A stretch of 64,000 nt of DNA from NCBI GenBank assembly GCA_030265395.1, contig JARFYF010000084.1, positions 64,641,681-64,705,680 on the forward strand, written 5' to 3'. Below are positions 25,510 to 37,560 of the stretch, in pieces. Position 1 is the stretch's first letter. Each line of letters starts with the position of its first letter. A program made the translations under genes and the position numbers. This stretch comes from Rhina ancylostomus (Eukaryota). Under the pieces are notes generated by a model that was given only the letters and a program-made list of their open reading frames with translations, ran no database searches and was not told the origin of the DNA.

Positions 25510-26100
25510 ATGTAGTATAGGATGTTGAAGAAGGCAAAGAGGATGCATGCTTCCATTAGCTGGGGCTTAACACAGCTTTATAGAGTACTGGTTAGGCTAC
25601 ATGTGGAATATTGTATGTAGTTCTGATCGCTACACTATAACAAGAATGGGATTACACTGAAGTGGCTGCAGAGGAGATTCATCAGGAAGTTGCCTAGGAT
25701 GGAATATTTCAGTTATAAAGAAAGACTTGTTTCCTTTGAGCAGAGGTGATTGAGGGGGGTACCTAACAAAGGTATACAAAATTATGAGAGGTGTAGATAT
25801 GGTAGATAATAAGAAATTTTCTCCCCACCGCAGAGGACGAGGGTTTAAGGTAAGAAGTAAGAGGTTTAGGAGGAATACTTCTTTCACCCAGAGGGTGGTT
25901 GCAATCTGAAACGCATTCCCTGAAAAGGTGGTAGAGGCAGGTACTCCCACAACAGTAATGAAACATCTGGATAAGCTCTTAAATCACCAAGGCAAAGTTG
26001 GCTCTGGACCAAGTGCTGGTAAATGGGATTGATATATTATGATTGGCATAAGACATGATGGGTTGAAGGGTCTATTTCTATGCTATGTTACTCTGTGACA
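25510..26100 (+). mobile_element. 5'-truncated CR1 LINE 3' end
   Basis: ggttaggctacatgtggaatattgt, tgcagaggagattcatcagg, ttcacccagagggtggtt, atgggttgaagggtct tail. Confidence 0.8.
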
Positions 26101-26774
26101 TAGACCTAATGCAATGCAATATGGTGCAGGATCTCTCTGAGTGGAAGTGACTAGTTTATCTCCCAGAAAACACTTGACAAGAATTTGGGCCTTGGTGCCA
26201 ACTCAAAGGCCTTTAAAGTTGCCATTTAAATTGAATGTCAGATATTCTCATGGAGGGTCTTCAACCTGAAGTGTCTCTTTCCACAGACACTACCTGACCT
26301 GATGAGTGTCTCCAACATTTTAGTTAAATCAATTATCATGCGTGTTTTTGATGTCCACACATTTTCAAAAACACCTGGAAAATATTTAAAAATGTGTCTT
26401 AACTTTATTGGTTAAAAGACTACATATTTAAAAACAATCAAGCACATTTAAGCTGACCAGGTTAAAGCAAGTCTGAAGATCTATTTACTCTTTTGCAGGC
26501 AACCATTTTTCCCATTCGCTTTTCAATGTGTCCATTGTGTTTGCATAATGTTTAATCTGGTTTGGACTCAGCAGGCAAAGAAGGAGCTAAGAAAATTATG
26601 GAAGTTCTGGATGTGGACTTCATGTCAGTCAGCTTAAGCACGTTTCATTGCTGGATTTGGTAATAACACACTGAAACACAAGTAATCCCAATAGAAATGC
26701 TAGTGCCTGTGTGATGATTTATCCCATTATTGTGAGGCCAGGAAGCTCAAAAGCAAAATTTGAAGTGCCCAATA

Positions 26775-26940
26775 AACTTACCTATACATCTTTGGGATGT
26801 GGGTGGAGCACCCAGAGGAACACCATGTAGTCATAAGGGAGAATGTGTAAACTCCACACGGTCAAGGCAAGAGATCAAGACTGAACCTAGGACTCTGGCA
26901 TTTTGAATCAGTGGCACTACTAACGGTGCTATGGTGCCAG
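26775..26940 (-). mobile_element. V-SINE/HE1-type tRNA-derived SINE, older copy
   Basis: tctttgggatgtggg...ggagcacccagaggaa...gggagaatgtgtaaactccacac core. Confidence 0.7.
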
Positions 26941-28664
26941 CTGCCATTTACTTAATTGGTTGCTGATGGAAAACACTTCACAAACAGAACACCAAATGTC
27001 TGAATAAAATAGAGGCAATTGTGTTGTTTTCATTGTCAAAAGCTGCTTGTATCTGTTTACATAATTCTGAGGAGATCATGTAATATACCTTTGCATTTGC
27101 ATCACTTTAAAAATAGTATCAGCATGATGTTTAACCGTGAAAACCTGTTTGGTTGAAGTTATATAATATCTTGATGAACTTTGTGCACCATAATTTTCTT
27201 TATCTCTTTCACAACAGCATTCTGCATTTTGCAATGTCATGGTGTATTACTGGAGGTCACAGTGTGTGAATGAAAGTGTTTAGGCCAGATGCCTTGGTCT
27301 TTGGCACCAATTAATCTTCTAGGTTTTCTTTTAAAAACTCAGTTGTCTTTGTGTCAACTAATTGCTGAGATAAATCAATCTACATTACAATAGTGCTGCA
27401 TAAACAAACTCTCTTTGCAGTGACAATTTAAAATTTGGAACATCTATGAAGACTTTATGAACAAAAACATTTTAAAAGTATTGTACATATTCAATGAAAT
27501 GTTCATTTTCCAGTAATATCTCAGGTAAGAAGATTTACACAGATTATTCCTTACAAAGCCAAGTGTAACATTTTTTCCACCTAATGAAACCCTATTAAAA
27601 TCATAAAAATCTTTTTTAGGCATTCCTTCCAGCCTTGTAATTAGTGTAATTTTTATCCATATCGGGATCTGCTTCCATTCTGAAACTTTGCTCCACCTGG
27701 GTTTAAATAAAATGTGAAAGAAGGTTCAATGTGGAATGCACCAAAACTCTGCCAACTTGTGCATTTCAATTATGAATAAAAGATTTCAAATTGGAAGAAT
27801 CTTAGAGGATTTAAAGACAACACTGTGAATTAATCACACTTATCTGAAATTTGATACCCATACCTTCAGAACTTAGGCGTTGTCTTGTTGCATCAGGTTC
27901 TCCTCTGAGAAGAGGAAATGACTAGTTTTGAGCAGGTAGATAGTTAAAGGATGTGATCTTTAAGTCTTGTGGATCAAGGTGGGCTGGTATATGTTAAACT
28001 GCACAAACTATCTTTATATAACATTGTTTAAATAAAGAGTAAGCAATTATTATTTTAACTTAAATTAGTTTTTATGACTTTAATTGATTTTCAGCGTGGT
28101 GCTGTTTTGTTTTAATTTTATGAGTGTAATCAATCTATTAAGAAGGGTGAGAAGTAGTATCTTATATTTAAACAAGATGCATTTCTAATTTTCGAAGGGC
28201 ATTTCAATGGTGTGGCAGTAACAAACTCCTGTTTGCTGTTGTTTAGTCTTGGAGGTAAGTGAAAGGTAAGTACAGTTTCTGGCTTTGTTCACCCAAGTCT
28301 GTGAAGAATACTGCACTTTGCCACTCTTGAATTTACCATAAATTCCGATCGAAAAGTCTATGGTCCAGTCAATGATGTAATGAATGGCTGATATTCATTT
28401 TCAGCTGAATTCAAAATCTGGCCCATCAAATTTTATTATCCTGAAACTATTTCGTGGGAGCTAGATTAATTAACTGCTGGACTATCATGACCACAGATAT
28501 CACCTTTGTTTTTCTGGAAATAGGATCTAATTATAAGAACTAGTTTGCCTAATTATTTAACCAAAATATGGGTACAAATTTATTTTTGCAGATTTATTGC
28601 ATACTGCTAGACTGGTTTCCTTTAAAAGAAACAAAAAGCAGAAAGTGGAAAATTACAGGACAAG

Positions 28665-28713
28665 ATGAAGGAAGAATTCAGGCCAAACCAGACCCAAGAT
28701 ATCGCTGTTAATG
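28665..28713 (+). CDS. ABCB5: ABCB5 first coding exon (acceptor at 28591, ATG at 28665)
   Basis: tttttgcag acceptor; aagATGaag...gtt aat g|gtaagt; MKEEFRPNQTQDIAVN(G), phase 1, compatible with the next exon. Confidence 0.65.
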
Positions 28714-28798
28714 GTAAGTTTTTATTCTGTATTTTATCAGTTCAAGTCATGCATTGTAAAAACCAAATAAGTTTGGCAAAATAGACAGTTGAAACCAG

Positions 28799-28938
28799 AT
28801 TGTCCATTTTAATATATTCGTCTTGCATGTTAACGTGATACTTAAAGATTAAGTTTTCTTAAACTGACATTGTCCATTTTAATATATTCATCTTGCATGT
28901 TAACGTGATACTTAAAGATTAAGTTTTCTTAAACTGAC
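28799..28938. repeat. Tandem duplication, 2 x 70 bp, one mismatch
   Basis: attgtccattttaatatattc[g/a]tcttgc...cttaaactgac repeated directly. Confidence 0.9.
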
Positions 28939-29749
28939 AAGGGATTGAGATATGGAAGCACGTTACCTCTTATCTTCAGTTTCAATATACTTTTAGTTGG
29001 CAATCACTGTACTAAAAAGCATTCAGATTATGACCCATATGGTTTATTAAAGTGACAAAATGTGACTTTACAGAAACAGTTACATAAGCTTGTTTGTAAT
29101 GGAAAAATCAAGATAAGAACATAATTGTGCTACAGTAATCCCTTGAGTATGTAAATAACTGTGTAGTACATTGTTTGAAAAAATGCTAGCACAATTTGTT
29201 CTGTGTCATATCACTCAGATCTTTTAAATATGGTCTTAAATGTGTCAAATGAAGCAATTAGCTAGTATCCAGATGTTATACCCTCATTCAATAATGTGCA
29301 GACAAATATATCACAGAAATGCAATCATTATGGCACAGTCAAATTCCATGCCAGCTCTTTATAGAGCAATCGATTCTGTCCCTTTCTCCTGCTCTGTAGG
29401 TATTTTCTCTGAAATGACATTCAATTTTTTTTTGAAAGCCTGATTGATTCTGCTTCCTCCGGCTTTACGGGCAGTGAGTTCCAGATCCTCATCACCCTTT
29501 GTGTACTTAAGCATTTCCTCGCATCTCCCCTCTATCTTTGGTCATTACTTTAAATCTGTAATTCCTAGTCCTTCAATTAGCCTCTAATAAAGGACAGTCA
29601 ATTTAACCTCAGGTGGAAAATTTAGAGAGCTTCAACCAGAGCAAAATTAATTGGCTTAAAGGAACCATGTTTAACGAATATAGACAATATGGGATTGTTG
29701 ATGTCAGATCGGAGCTAGAAGTTCTTCAATAAAGTACTGCAGTGGGTTG

Positions 29750-30230
29750 ATTAAGATGGTGTAGTTGATTTGTTTGCATGCTGGCTTTCAAAAGATATTT
29801 GATAAGATGTCACATAATAGGTGTGAATACAATGGCATCAACTGAGCTATAGTAATTATACATTAGTTGTGTATGGAGAAACATATGATCCTAAGGGGAC
29901 ATGACAATGTCGATGACAAGATGTTTTCACCAGTGGGAGAATCTCGAACGAGGGGACATAGTGTCATGATAAAGGACCAGATATTTAAAACCAAGGGATG
30001 TAGAAATATCTTCTCACAGAAGCTGACGAATCTCTGGGGTTCTCTGCCTCATTGAATCATGGAGGCAAGCTCAATAGAAGTATTTTTGAAAGAGGGATTG
30101 AGGTCTGTGGGGAACTGGCACAGAAGAGGAGTTGAGGCTTGGGGTAGATTAGCCATGATCATTTGAATGGCAAGGGAAGCTTGAGGGGCCAGATAGCCTA
30201 CTTCTGTTGTTATTTTCATGTGTTCTTCTG
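29750..30230 (+). mobile_element. Degenerate CR1 LINE fragments and 3' end
   Basis: tttcaaaagatatttgataag (FDK motif), gagaatctcgaacgaggggacatag, atagcctacttctg tail; same subfamily as 10511-11110. Confidence 0.72.
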
Positions 30231-30849
30231 ATAGTTACTGTCTATTTTAATGTCATGTGATTAAAGCTTTTACACATAAATAGCATGTTTCTAAGTCTTG
30301 TAGTAGAAATAATGAATAGTTTAAGTTAACCAATTCTAGGATGCTTCAAGATACTATGTAGCTGAGTGTGTTGCATAACTCCTGCCATAATTGTAGGATA
30401 TGATTCATGTCTATTGATTTATTTGTCTGGCTATATTGTGAAAGAAGATTGCCAAAATGATCTTAATACAGGAAATAGGACAATTAATTAGGATCATAAC
30501 AAAGTTGTCATGCAGTGCTTTTGAAAGATCTTTAGCATTCTTGGAGTTTTATTCTCATCAACATTTATTAAGCCATAATGAATTTGCAAGGCACTGTCCA
30601 TAAAAAGTGGCGCGCTAAAAAATTGAAATGTATTTAATTTGTAGAGACAAATTGATGGAGTCAGTGATTATCTCTCTACACATGGGGTGTGGTGAGGAGG
30701 TGGAAATGGGGCTATTTATGTTTAATTCTATGTTTATCTGCTTCTAAAATGCATCAGGGTATAATTTCCTCATGTTCCTGCATGGGAACATTAATCAGTT
30801 GTACAGAGTGCCTGCTGCTTTGAGTTCCTATCTACTCTGTGTATACCCT

Positions 30850-31560
30850 TTATGAATTTAAATACCTCGATTAATTCTTACAAGCTCTTCTGTTCCAAGG
30901 ATAACAGCCCCTGCTTCTCCAGTCTACCCAATTAACCGACATTCCATTCAGTTTGATAAATCTGTTCTGCACCAAAGCCTTCATATATTTCCTGGAACTT
31001 TAGCACCGAGAACTGGACACAATATTCCAGTGGATTCTGTGGATGAACCAGTTTTATTTTGTATAAAGGCTTAATAAACAGTCTGCTGGAACGCAGTGGG
31101 CCAAGCAGTATCTGTGGGGGAAAAGGAATTGCTGGCATTTCGGGTCAAAACCCTGCATCAGGAATATTGACACTTGAGATCCTCCAGCAGATTGTTTGTT
31201 GCTCCAGATTCCAGCACCTGCAGTCTCTTGTGTTTCCATTTTATAAAGGTTCATCATGACTTCATCATTCTTGTACTCTATGACTATAAATAAAGCCGAG
31301 GATCCTGTATACTTTTTAACCTTTTTTTTCAGCCAACCCCATCACATTCAATGAACCTACATATCTCTTTATTCTCATGTCCTTTTAGTTTATTCTCTAT
31401 TCTATTACCAAAATGTAACACCGCATTTCTCAGCATTATATTTTGCCTGCCAACAATATGCCCGTTCCACCATGGTGTCCAAATCTCCTTAATCTACCCC
31501 CATCCTGAAGGGTGTTCAGCATGCTTCCTGGTTTCTTATCATTCATATGCCAAGTCCAAA
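30850..31560 (-). mobile_element. Degenerate CR1 fragment interrupted by a Penelope-like remnant
   Basis: reverse-complement LEYCVQF motif (gaactggacacaatattccagt); continues after 31250. Confidence 0.7.
31070..31241. mobile_element. Penelope-like inverted terminal remnant with tataaagg target-site duplication
   Basis: aaacagtctgctgga ... tccagcagattgttt inverted arms; tataaagg at 31062-31069 and 31242-31249. Confidence 0.7.
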
Positions 31561-31714
31561 GTATTAACATGTTTTCGTCTGAATGGACATGTTTAAGCAA
31601 CCATAGCAAAAGAAATTTACTAACAGCCATTAGTTGTTGCATCATAACAGCCAACACCGGCAAGCTATGTGATAGTGATGCCCAATAAAAAGAAATAGGA
31701 AATGAGAAAAATGA

Positions 31715-31900
31715 AAACAAAGACTCAATTTGCGCAATACTTTTCATAACATCCCAAAGGACCTTAGTACCATAGAGGTACTCTTGAGTATAGTTATTTT
31801 TATCATACAGGAAAACACAGCCGCCCTTACACAAATCAAATCCTCACAACAAGCAGTGTGGCAATGGTCAAGTATTCTGTTTTTGTGTTATTGATTAAGC
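31715..31900 (-). mobile_element. Deu-SINE (AmnSINE1/SacSINE1-like) remnant
   Basis: aggaaaacacagccgcc...cacaacaagcagtgtggcaatggtcaag...tctgtttttgtg resembles the reverse complement of the Deu core. Confidence 0.5.
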
Positions 31901-32354
31901 CATCACAAATGGATAGAATATTCTTAAAATTAGCATTGGGGAGTCAGTGCCATTCACTGAGCTGTGGCTAGCACTTTGCTGAGAATTTGTTGCTTTTTAT
32001 GTCAGTGTTGAAAGTTAAAAAAAGTGAAGGAGGCAACGAGTTATCAGTGATTGACGGTATACTGATTATCCAGTTTAGATCACTCATTAAGTCTTTGGGT
32101 GTGGCTTAACCAGCTCTCAAAGCATTTTGGTAGCATTTTTGATCCCAAGGCTCCATGCTGAGCAGGGTCTGGCTGACCAGTTGGAGACTAGCTTCCTTGG
32201 GGAAGTTTGCACTGAGAAACCCATCAAAGTCAAGTGACTAGTCACCATCAATTGAAAATGCTGAGCAACTTTGGAGACATTTCAGGCTATTGACCTTGTT
32301 TTATAGAAAAATAAAATAGACAATAGAAATTTTGGAAAATTAACTTTCCCACAG

Positions 32355-32433
32355 GATTCTCCAATGCTGGCTATGACAATCCAAGCTACCAGGAAGATGA
32401 GAAATCAGAACATGATCACCACAAAAAAAGAAA
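32355..32433 (+). CDS. ABCB5: ABCB5 N-terminal exon
   Basis: ttcccacag|ga ttc...aga aa|gtatgg, phase 1->2; (G)FSNAGYDNPSYQEDEKSEHDHHKKR(K); bridges the phases of both neighbouring exons. Confidence 0.72.
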
Positions 32434-32524
32434 GTATGGAACCATCTTACAATTAAGTCATAAATGATTTTTATTTATAAAAAGGGCAAAATTAATTTGT
32501 GTTGCAACTTATATTTTTCTACAG

Positions 32525-32570
32525 GGGAAAGAAAGACAAGGGGAATAAGTCAGTTGGACTTCTTGAACTG
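32525..32570 (+). CDS. ABCB5: ABCB5 exon leading into the elbow helix
   Basis: ttttctacag|g gga...gaa ctg|gtttgt, phase 2->0; GKKDKGNKSVGLLEL precedes FxFAD as in P-gp VGxxxL-FRYA. Confidence 0.82.
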
Positions 32571-32719
32571 GTTTGTTACTTTTATTCCACCTGATTTTCT
32601 TTTACAATATGGTGCTTGTCCACATTCTAAGATGTGGACAATAGGGAACACTAAGATGTGCTAGAACACCATAGAAATTATTTCTTGTGTCTTATCTAAA
32701 TATTCTGGATGGGCTACCT

Positions 32720-33210
32720 CCATTTCACCCACAAATTTAGTGACAGTTCAGTGAAGAAACATTTTGGATTTGACAAGGTGCCAAACAAGAAAACTTGGTG
32801 CATAATGTTTGGGTTCAGAGGATTGAATGAAATGTATCAGCTTGAATATTTAAATAAGTTGAAAGTGGAAATAAAATGTAAGGTATCAATGACTGCCAAA
32901 GATATAAAGTAGGATGAGTAATTTAACTGTGAGGATGTGAAGAAATGAAAGGGTACTGCAATTTTCAAGTAAATTGTAAGAAAACCTGGCAGCTGGAGTA
33001 AAATATGAGGAATCTGAAATTATTGTCTTTGCTGGGAAGAATAGAAAAGCATTTTTTCAAAAAATGGTGGCAGACTACAAGCAATTTGAATATCCTTGTT
33101 CTTATCACAAAAGCCAATATGCACTTGCACCGAGTATTTCGGAAAGAGAATAGTATATTCTCATTATACTCTTCTTTGAAGAGTGTAAAAGAGTAGAAAG
33201 ATCAAACCTG
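32720..33210 (+). mobile_element. Highly degenerate CR1 RT fragment
   Basis: ttggatttgacaaggtgcca (FDKVP), ggcagctggagtaaaatatgagg, tatccttgttc...acaaaagccaatatgcac. Confidence 0.5.
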
Positions 33211-33379
33211 ATGGCCATAGTCTCCATTGTTTGGGACTAAATGGCTGGTAATGCATTCATGCACACTTTGACACTGGATCACATCTATATGAATGACAAA
33301 TGGAAAACGTCCTTCACCCATTTGTGAAACAGGCACCGGTCTGCCAAAACTAGAGGAAAGCATATTTGTAAGACTAGAG

Positions 33380-34030
33380 AAACTTAGTGACAAGGAAAGG
33401 AAAGGCTATGAAAAGTTTAAACTCAGAATGAGATGTTTAAATTTTAGGCCCAAGGCATATCTAGTTCAGTGAGAATAGTAATGAAAGGCAAATGAAACTA
33501 GGTGTGAAATAACACTGGATTTTTGAATGAATTAAATTTAAGTTGTTCATAAAGGCCAGTAAAACATTAGAATAGTTCTGCTAAAGTGGCCGAGGCATGG
33601 ATAAGGCAGAAGCAGGTGATGTCAAGAAGGTAACATAAAGGATATAGGATTGTAAGATAAGTATAGGGCTGAAGAGGATGTTGAGGATGTGAAATCCTGG
33701 GAAATTGGCTTGGGAAGGGGTGGAATTGACAGTGGATATATAGTGTTTAGCTTCGCCCTTCCCAATGTTTAACTACGAGAAACTTAGAGGGATATACAGT
33801 AATAGAAATTGTGAGTGGATATGCAGAAGTCAGCCTAGATTCAGCATTTAGAGTTATTAAAGGAGAGAATGTATTTGAGGAAGAGGAAGAATTAAGGTTA
33901 GATTTTAGAGCTTTAAGGATTTGTGCTTAAATTTCATGAGAGTAAAATTTAATCATTTAAAAGGGATAGGGAAGGGGGGAGAAGAGGAGGAGGGGTGGGG
34001 ATACTGGTCAGGGACTCTGTTACAGCTGCG
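33380..34030 (-). mobile_element. Old L2-like LINE fragment (purine-skewed on +)
   Basis: G/A-rich degenerate L2 ORF2 reverse-strand wording. Confidence 0.4.
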
Positions 34031-34290
34031 GNNNNNNNNNNNNNNNNNNNNNNNNNNNNNNNNNNNNNNNNNNNNNNNNNNNNNNNNNNNNNNNNNNNNN
34101 NNNNNNNNNNNNNNNNNNNNNNNNNNNNNNNCTTTCCTGTTTTTGCAAAAAATATTTGATATATTTTTCAGTCATTTGACCAAGAAATTTTGATGAGTAA
34201 GAGAGACATTTTGTGATTTACATGCAGCTGCATGGAATTTTTAAAAAATATTTAATTACATCAACAGATGAAGAATGTTTTCATTTATAG

Positions 34291-34447
34291 TTTCACTTTG
34301 CTGATGGATTCGACTTCCTGATGATAACAATAGGAGTGATTAGTGCAGTAGCACAAGGGATCTCTTTGGAGCTCATGATCATTGTCTTTGGACAGTTGAC
34401 TAACAGTTTTGTCTTCAGCGGAACTCCCCAGAATATCTCTAATGCAG
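34291..34447 (+). CDS. ABCB5: ABCB5 exon: elbow helix and TM1
   Basis: tttatag|ttt cac ttt gct gat...gca g|gtatt; FHFADGFDFLMITIGVISAVAQGISLELMIIVFGQLTNSFV. Confidence 0.93.
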
Positions 34448-34753
34448 GTATTGTAATGCTCTACAATATTAATCAGAAAAAATCAATTTATTATTTCATT
34501 AGGTAACTATGATCCTAAGATAATCAAACAGATGGTTGAAAATATATTCGGAGGGAGCTTCATTTCCTGCTTAATAACCTGTTACAATATTGTCTCATTG
34601 ATGCTTACTTCGTCTTCCCACACACTGTATTTAGGTGTGGAGGTTCACTGATCAGTCAGCCAATATACATGCCAAAATAATGACTCATGCTGTTTATTGA
34701 TTGGATTGACAATATTCAATCCATTGTAAAAGCAATTTAAATTTTTAAAAAAA

Positions 34754-34992
34754 TTATTTACAGCGTGGTAACAGGCCCTTCCGGCCCAACGAGTCTGTGC
34801 CGCCCATTTTAAACCCCAAATTAACCTACCCGTCCATCTTCAGAATGTGGGAGGAAACCAGAGCACCCGGAGGAAACCCAAGCGGACACGGGAGAACCTA
34901 CAGACTCCTTACAGACAGTGACGGGAATTGAATCCCAATTGCTGGTGCTGTAATAGCATTGTGCTAACCAGTACACTACTGTGCTGCCCCCA
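34754..34992 (-). mobile_element. HE1/V-SINE with CR1-type 3' tail
   Basis: aacaggcccttccggcccaac tail; gaatgtgggaggaaaccagagcacccggaggaaaccca core; tRNA-like head gggaattgaatccc...gctaaccagtacactactgtgctgccc. Confidence 0.85.
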
Positions 34993-35099
34993 CGCTACTG
35001 TGGGAACTGAGTTTTACTGGGGAAAATGCTAAACATTCTTTCCATAATTGCTGTAAATACCGAAATCCTGAACCTGCAACTCTGCTCGTCAAATTTCAT

Positions 35100-35350
35100 A
35101 AATCGCTGTGTTAACTCTGCCCAATTTTATTATTATTTTCCAATGCCCTATTATGACTTAATAACAGATTCCAGTAATTGCACTGCAATTGATATCAGGT
35201 TAACTGGTCTGTATTTCCTTGCTTTTTCCTTTCCTTAATAGTGGGGTTACATTTGCTGCCATACAATCTGTGGGAAACATTCTAAGTTTTATGGAATTTT
35301 GGAAAATGCCCAATTATGCATCAACTACCTCCATATTCACCTCCCTCTAA
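35100..35350 (-). mobile_element. CR1 RT N-terminal fragment
   Basis: reverse complement of NYRPVNL and VAANVTPL motifs. Confidence 0.55.
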
Positions 35351-35399
35351 ACCACATTCTCTCAAAATAATAACAAAAATTAGCAAATTAGTGTAAGCT

Positions 35400-36700
35400 A
35401 TCATCAACAGTAATATCAAGTGGCAATTACTTACCAATAATCTCCTCACCAATTCCCAGTTTGGAGCTGAATTTGAGAGGTGAGATTACGGCGACTGCCC
35501 TTAACACCAGAACAGTCTTCTACAAAGTGTGGCGTCAAGGGGCCTTCTAGAACTGAAATCAATGGCCTTCAAAGGGAAAAATAAACTCCCAAAGGAAGAC
35601 AGATGTGGGTATTGTAGGTCAATGATCCCACTCTGAAGACCTCACTACAGGAGCTGCTCAATGTAGTGCTCTGGGCCCAACATCTCAGGCAGCATCACCA
35701 ATAGCCTTTCTTTCATCAGAATATCAGAAATAAGGATGTTTGCTGATGATCACATAATGTGCTGTTCCACTCACACCCCTTCTGCAAATGAAGCAGTACA
35801 TGCCTGCTGACAAGATTTCAACAACATTCATGCACGGATTAGAAAGTGGTATGCCACAAAGTGTCAGGCAGTGTCCGTCTCCAACAAGAGAAAGTCCAAC
35901 CGCCTACCTTTGACACTCAGTAGTATCACCAGTGCCAAGTCCACAACCATCAATACCCTGGGTTAATATTGTTTTGAAACTCAACTGAACCAGCTATAAA
36001 AGTCTGGTGGCTGCAAGATCAAGCTAAAAGCTCAATGTCGTGCAGCAAGAGCCTCACCTCCTGATACCCCAATGCCTTTCCATTAACCAGGCACAAATCA
36101 GGAGTGTGATGGAATACTCTCCATTTACCTGGATATGTGTAGTTCCAACAACTCTCAAGTAGCTTGACACTATCCAAAACATTTTAACCCACTTGAGTGG
36201 CATTCACCATTCTAAATATTCATTCCCTCCACCTTTGGTACACAGTGGCTACAGTGTGTACCATCTACAAAATGCCCAGCTATTCATCCAGGTTTGTCCA
36301 ACAGAACCTTCAAAGTTACTAATTCAACCACCAGGAAATACAAAGGCAGTGTACAAATGGGAACAGAACCCACTTGCANNNNNNNNNNNNNNNNNNNNNN
36401 NNNNNNNNNNNNNNNNNNNNNNNNNNNNNNNNNNNNNNNNNNNNNNNNNNNNNNNNNNNNNNNNNNNNNNNNNNNNNNTTCTGTTCCAAGTCACATATCA
36501 TTCTAGGTTGGAGATATGCCGCCATTCCTTCATCATTGCTAGATCTAATCCTGGAAGTCCCCACCCAACACCACTGTGTGAGGACTGAGGCAGTTCTAAA
36601 AGGTGGCTCCCCACCACCTCAAGGGTAATTAGGGATGGGGGTTAAATACTAGTCTTCTCAATCACACTCAGATCCTGAAACTGAATGAATTTAAAAAAAG
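35400..36700 (+). mobile_element. Old LINE RT and 3' end (probably the family whose 5' part is at 18935-20290)
   Basis: aaagtgtggcgtcaagg, gtagtgctctgggcccaac, atgtttgctgatgat (FADD), caggagtgtgatggaatactctcc; tail ggctccccaccacctcaagggtaattagggatggg, also seen at 38900-38990. Confidence 0.75.
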
Positions 36701-36709
36701 CCATCAAGT

Positions 36710-37560
36710 CTCAGAATTTATTAGCTTTCAATCCCATTAATTTTTCCAAATCAAGCTTTTCACCAATTTCTTTGAGCTCCTTATTTATTCTAGATCTGTA
36801 GTTTTTGATTTTTTTTTCTCTGAAGTTTTCTATGTCTTCTTTCATAAAGACATATGTAAAATATTTGTGCAATTTCTCTATCATTTCCTTATTCCATAAT
36901 ATAATTTCCATTAGGTTTTCTATGTCTTAGCCTGTAAGGGACCCACTTATCTATAAAAACTCTTACAATCTTTTTTTATGCTTCCCATTAGAATAAGAGA
37001 GTCAACAACTTTTCCTTTCTATATCAATGCCTTGGAGATCCTCTTCTGAGTTCTGAAATTTTTCCAAACCTCAGACAAACTTTTTTTCTTTTTTGACAAC
37101 TTTTTAAGTTTTTTCCTTTGATTTAATACTGTTGTTTAACTTTTGATAGCCACTGCTTGACCAAATAAATAAATATTTAAAAATATATAAAATTTGCAAA
37201 GTATGGATTAATTCTTTAAAGTTACCTCTCACTGGCTTGCAATCATTCCTTTTTAAGGTTTGTAAATTTCCCAGTTTGTCATAGCGAAAACATGCTATCT
37301 TTATAGCTTGCTTTAGAAAGATTTAGGGCTTTGATTTCACTTTGAATTAAATTACCTTCAATCTTTATAATAAATTTTAACAGATTACAAGCACTTTTCC
37401 CTAAAGTCCCCTTAACTACCAGCTCCTCAATTATTCTTTCACATTACATAATATTAGATCTAAAATAGTTTGTCCCTCATAGATTCCTCAACAAGCTGAT
37501 CTAAAAAATATCTCTTCTGCACTCTGGATGATTCACAGTCCACCAGATGCACGACCTGGC
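36710..37560 (-). mobile_element. Degenerate CR1 ORF2 (APE-RT linker)
   Basis: minus-strand translation EKLHKYFTYVFMKED...LEKLMGLKANK; ttagatctaaaatag (ILDL motif). Confidence 0.6.

Noticed and set aside
24795-26100. Divergently oriented CR1 pieces suggesting a twin-priming inversion
   Set aside because: Both pieces include the same LVRxHLE region of ORF2 and differ in decay, so they are independent insertions.
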